A stretch of DNA of 64,000 nucleotides, taken from contig CAVXYC010000030.1 in NCBI GenBank assembly GCA_963765765.1, forward strand, positions 96,001 through 160,000. The letters are read 5' to 3'. The DNA comes from an uncultured Chloroflexia bacterium. GTDB taxonomy: Bacteria; Chloroflexota; UBA6077; JACCZL01. The translations under genes were made by a program, and so were the position numbers. The notes below the pieces were generated by a model. The model was not told where the DNA came from. It saw only the letters and a program-made list of their open reading frames with translations, and made no database searches. Positions 60,341 through 64,000 of this stretch are shown here, piece by piece; positions within the stretch are counted from its first letter, which is position 1, and each line of letters opens with the position of its first letter.

Positions 60341-61670
60341 ATGCTCTCCTCCATTCCGCCCCACTTAATGGCCGTTATTGTGCTTGTAATTGGCGCGCTT
60401 GTCATTCTTGCATGCGCGGCTCCTCTCACTCAGCGCGCCGGGCTGGTCTCGGCATTGACGTTCATTGCGGCCGTCTGCGCGGGCCTCGTGGGATTTAGCG
60501 ATCCGACGACACGTATTGCTACGCTGGGTCTGGCCGGCGTGGCCGCGATTGTCGGCCTTCTAGTGCCCACATTGGAGCTCGAGCTACCTGCGCAACGACC
60601 CGAATCGGCAGCGCTGGTGCTGCTGGGAGCGAGCGGCGGAGTTGCCCTCGCCGCCGCGGGAGATCTCTTGCAGCTCGCGGTCGGGCTTCGAGGTACTCTC
60701 TCTGAGCGCTGTCGTGCTCATTGGTATGAGCGCTGGCCGCGCACCCGTCGAGGCGGCCTTCAAATATTTTGTGTTGGCTACCGTGAGCTTGTCAGCGCTG
60801 CTCTTTGGTCTGGGGCTGGTCTACCTGGCCACCGGAAGCATTGCGTTCCCAAGCCTCTCGGGGTCGCCCTCGCCCTTAGTGGTCGCGGGTATTGCTCTAA
60901 TTGGCGTAGGGATCGCGTTCGAGCTCGCCCTAGTCCCTCTCCATTGGGGACCGCTTGGTGCCTATACGGCTGCCTCGCCCGGTATTGCTGGTTTTGTCAT
61001 GGCCGCCTCGAAGCTTGCCGCGGCACTGGCTCTTGGCCGGCTGGCGTTGGCGGCGGGCGTGGAGCTCGACGACGTGCTCGCCGTCATAGGAGTGCTGAGC
61101 ATTGTCTGGGGAACGGTGGGGGCCCTGGCTCAGCAGGACCTTCGACGACTTCTGGCCTACTCAGCGGTCGTCCACGCAGGGTTTATTGCGCTCGCTGCCG
61201 GTTCGGGTGTTGAAGGACGAATAGCCGCGGCTTTTTATGGACTCAGCTACGCTGCCATGTCACTGCTCACATTTGCCGCCATCTCGGGGCGAGGCTCCGG
61301 AGCCGTGCCACTTTCACGACTGACCGCGGAAGGGCTGGGTGCCGGCCGCTCCCTGGCGCTCACGTTGGCACTCTTGTCGCTGGCGGGGGTACCGCCCACC
61401 CCAGGCTTCTGGGCCAAACTAGCCGTCCTCGGTCCGGCCTGGACTAACGCGGGACCACTGGTCACGACTATCGCCGTGGCCGGCGGTGTGGCAGGTGCCC
61501 TGTACTACCTCAAACCTATCCCGAACCTGCTCGCGTCGCTTCGCCTACCAGAAGTGGCGCGACCCACGTCGCGCTCAGCTATGATGCTGGCTGGCGTGGC
61601 CGTCACGGTTCTGGGCATTGTGCCTGGCGTAGCGTGGGCGCTGGCTATCCTGGCCACGGGCACGCGCTAG
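60341..61670 (+). CDS. nuoN: NADH-quinone oxidoreductase subunit N, atypical (indel near 60685)
   Basis: EVLSLS, EAAFKYFV, VPLHW, ASKLA, RRLLAYS.V.HAG, LSLAGVPP..GFWAK, YYLK. Confidence 0.9.
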
Positions 61671-62641
61671 TCTGTCACTGTGGGGTCGTCCTGGCTCGAA
61701 GTCGAGGGCGCAGAAGTATTCTCGGTCAGCTCCATATCCTGTTGCCGGCGGTACCAAAGCCACAACAGCCCGATTCCGACGAGCTCGGCGACGATAGAGA
61801 CGAGACCAGCCTCCGGTCCAAAGGCGCCACCCGTGATGGATTCGGGCCCGATGACGCGATGGCTGACAAGTCCCCCGGCGTCGATCCCCGAGACCGGGAA
61901 CCCGAATAGTGGTCCCTCGCCGAAATTCCATCCGAAGTGAATGCCGATGGGCAGCCAGAGTGAGCGAGTCACGAGATAAGCGACGGCCAGGAGAACACCG
62001 GCGAACGCAACTCCCAGGCTCGCGATGACACTCGAATTGTCATTGAAAATATGCAAGAACCCGAAGATAACTGACGAGATCACGACAGCGGGTGTGGTGC
62101 CCAATCCGGATTCCAGATTCTGAAGCAGATACCCCCGCACGATGAGCTCCTCATTCCAGGCGACAGCCAGGAACACAAGCACCATGATCATGAGCCCCAC
62201 AAGGGGACTACCGCGACCTCGCCAGCCGACTTGATCGATCGCGATCCAGCCCAGGGCCAGCTCGGTGACGAAGATGCCCGCTTGTAAGGCGACTCCCAGC
62301 AGCGCGCCGCCAAGGAGATACTTGATCCACGGGCGTTCGAGTGAAAGACCGAGGCTCACAAAGGAGCGCCGGTCCAGCCAACGTCGGGCCACACACACCG
62401 TGATGGTGGCCACGACGATTCCAACACCGTTCGAGATAAGGGCAATCGGATCCGATGAGCCGAGGGAACCCTGAATCAAGGCCCTCGGGTCGATAAAGAG
62501 TCCGATGAGCAGCACAATGGCTGTCTGCAGCACCATGGCCAGTGCGCCAAAGACCAATAGGCGCCAGCCCGTGCGGAGGCGGCCTTCGCTGTCTATTAGG
62601 AGCTTGCGCATGGGTTCGGTAGCGGCCTCTCGGCGCGCCAT
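61667..62641 (-). CDS. CPBP (CAAX protease / Abi) intramembrane metalloprotease
   Basis: EELIVRGY, FGFLH, LWLPIGIHFGWN, TGGAFGPEAG. Confidence 0.93.
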   Translation of the reverse strand: MARREAATEPMRKLLIDSEGRLRTGWRLLVFGALAMVLQTAIVLLIGLFIDPRALIQGSLGSSDPIALISNGVGIVVATITVCVARRWLDRRSFVSLGLSLERPWIKYLLGGALLGVALQAGIFVTELALGWIAIDQVGWRGRGSPLVGLMIMVLVFLAVAWNEELIVRGYLLQNLESGLGTTPAVVISSVIFGFLHIFNDNSSVIASLGVAFAGVLLAVAYLVTRSLWLPIGIHFGWNFGEGPLFGFPVSGIDAGGLVSHRVIGPESITGGAFGPEAGLVSIVAELVGIGLLWLWYRRQQDMELTENTSAPSTSSQDDPTVTD

Positions 62642-62659
62642 CCTAGGCCTCGCGCTACA

Positions 62660-64000
62660 TCACTCAGAGGCATGTCGAAATGCGTACAGCAAGATTCGTC
62701 CCTGCTCGTCTCTAGCTGTATACGCTTCCTGGAGGTATGGCCTGGATTGCAGCCAACGGTAGTCTTCCTCGAACGCCGGCCCTCGGGCGACTCCGTTTGA
62801 ACGGCGAACTGATTGAAATCGATGATCCAGTCGTAGTTGCCTGAGCGAAGTATGTCATCCGAAAGGTAACGTCGCCGATCACTTGCGATCTCATCCCAGG
62901 CTCGAATGCCGCGGAAGCCGGTAATTCCAAGGTCACCATGCCAGCTTAACTGGTAGGGCTTCGACGTAATCGTCCTATCTTCAGGGGCCACGTTGGATCG
63001 CAGCCACGGCTCGGCCCTACGGAAGGTGGCGACCCGAATGCCGCCGCTGACTCGCTGGTAGTACGGGTCGTCTGGAAACCCGCGAAACTCCCGCTCGCGC
63101 GCAACAAGGGCCAGAACCGCGGTAATGCCCTTTGTGATCGGCCCGCCAGGGATTACCACCAGTCCTAGTGCCAGAATTCCGAACGCCACCAGCAGCGCCG
63201 GCGATAGGCGAGTCGTAAGAGCGCGTAAGCTTTGTCCGATGTACAGGCAGCCGATGCCAAAGAACACCGCGCACGACGGCATGATTGGCAGGAACATGCG
63301 TGGCAGAAAGCTCACCTGCTCCAAGCGCAGTGCAAAAAATCCTATGGTCGTGGCAATGTAGATCGCCTGACTTGCCAGAAATGCTTGGAGAAGGCGAGAG
63401 TCGCCCGCGCTTGGCTCGTTCGTCTCGTGATCGTGGGGCAGCGACTTGCGCGAGAAGCTCAGAGATGCAAAGAGCACCATCAGTGTCATAACGGCCGCGG
63501 CCAGCAGCGCATCCCAGGCTGCGGAAGCGACAATTTGCCCGAGAAATAGGGCCGCCGGAATGGTGACGGCGACCAGCATCGTGACGGTTCTCCGAGACAA
63601 CTTCAGGCATCGATGCTGTGGAACAGTAATGGCCAGACAAACCGACCCGACCAGGCCGATCGCGACAATTGCTCCGCCAACCACATTGACGCCAAACGCG
63701 CTGCCAAACCATTCGAGGCCGAACGAGCCTGTCCTGAGTGCGTTCGACAGTGACGTGATCCACGAGCCGCCAGCGGATTCATCGAGAGAGGGCGCAAGCG
63801 GAGGAAGCCCATCGAGGCTAGATGGCTCGGCTAACGATCCGCCGATGACCGCCAAGACAATCGCTCGGGGCACCCCGAGCCCAAACGCGCTCAGGATGAC
63901 CGCGACCATCAGCCCACATCCGAGAGTGACCACCGACATGGACGTGACGCGGAGAGACGCCGCGGTGTATCTGATGGAAGCGGTATAGAGCACCGCCAGA
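62660..64000 (-). CDS. Large multi-pass membrane protein (probably GT-C-like); N-terminus outside the window, indel near the C-terminus
   Basis: Multiple TMs, PRMFLPIMP motif, soluble tail; likely end LLYAFRHASE* at 62660. Confidence 0.65.

Noticed and set aside
61667-62641. Abortive-infection defence gene
   Set aside because: CPBP/'Abi' proteases are common membrane peptidases, and there is no defence context here
132-62800. Numerous frameshifts read as programmed frameshifting or mass pseudogenisation
   Set aside because: They hit unrelated genes, including nuoJ/L/N, often at short homopolymers and without in-frame decay; long-read indel error is the simpler explanation

Overview
GC-rich bacterial chromosome segment, most consistent with Chloroflexota (tandem Tat/lipobox ABC_sub_bind genes, a cell-wall enzyme with Chloroflexi-type C-terminal repeats, terrabacterial-type nuo genes); the taxonomy is inference. 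Many genes are split by single-base indels, probably uncorrected long-read errors, densest at 29-34 kb. In order: a patchwork of gene fragments with dif-like half-sites (0-4.3 kb); a 1068-aa SLT+M23 cell-wall protein; transporters, glpX and a catabolic cluster; a PP2C-TM-VanW fusion; a defence island (VapBC, type I RM with a half-length HsdS, EVE, Uma2); a Rieske/MFS/amidohydrolase/thiol-dioxygenase cluster; nnr, PhzF and a GT-C glycosyltransferase; and a complex I operon. The strongest signal is the complex I operon, nuoABCDEFGHIJKL-N. It has no nuoM, the NuoL lateral-helix segment is only about 40 aa, conserved proton-pumping residues are replaced (NuoL TM5 Glu and its Arg partner to Ala, NuoN TM7 Lys to Glu), and a repeat-derived linker ORF occupies the nuoM position. 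This suggests a reduced two-antiporter complex I. The second strongest is a receptor-like PP2C phosphatase fused to an apparently catalytically dead VanW domain. No rRNA, tRNA, CRISPR array or intact transposase was seen.
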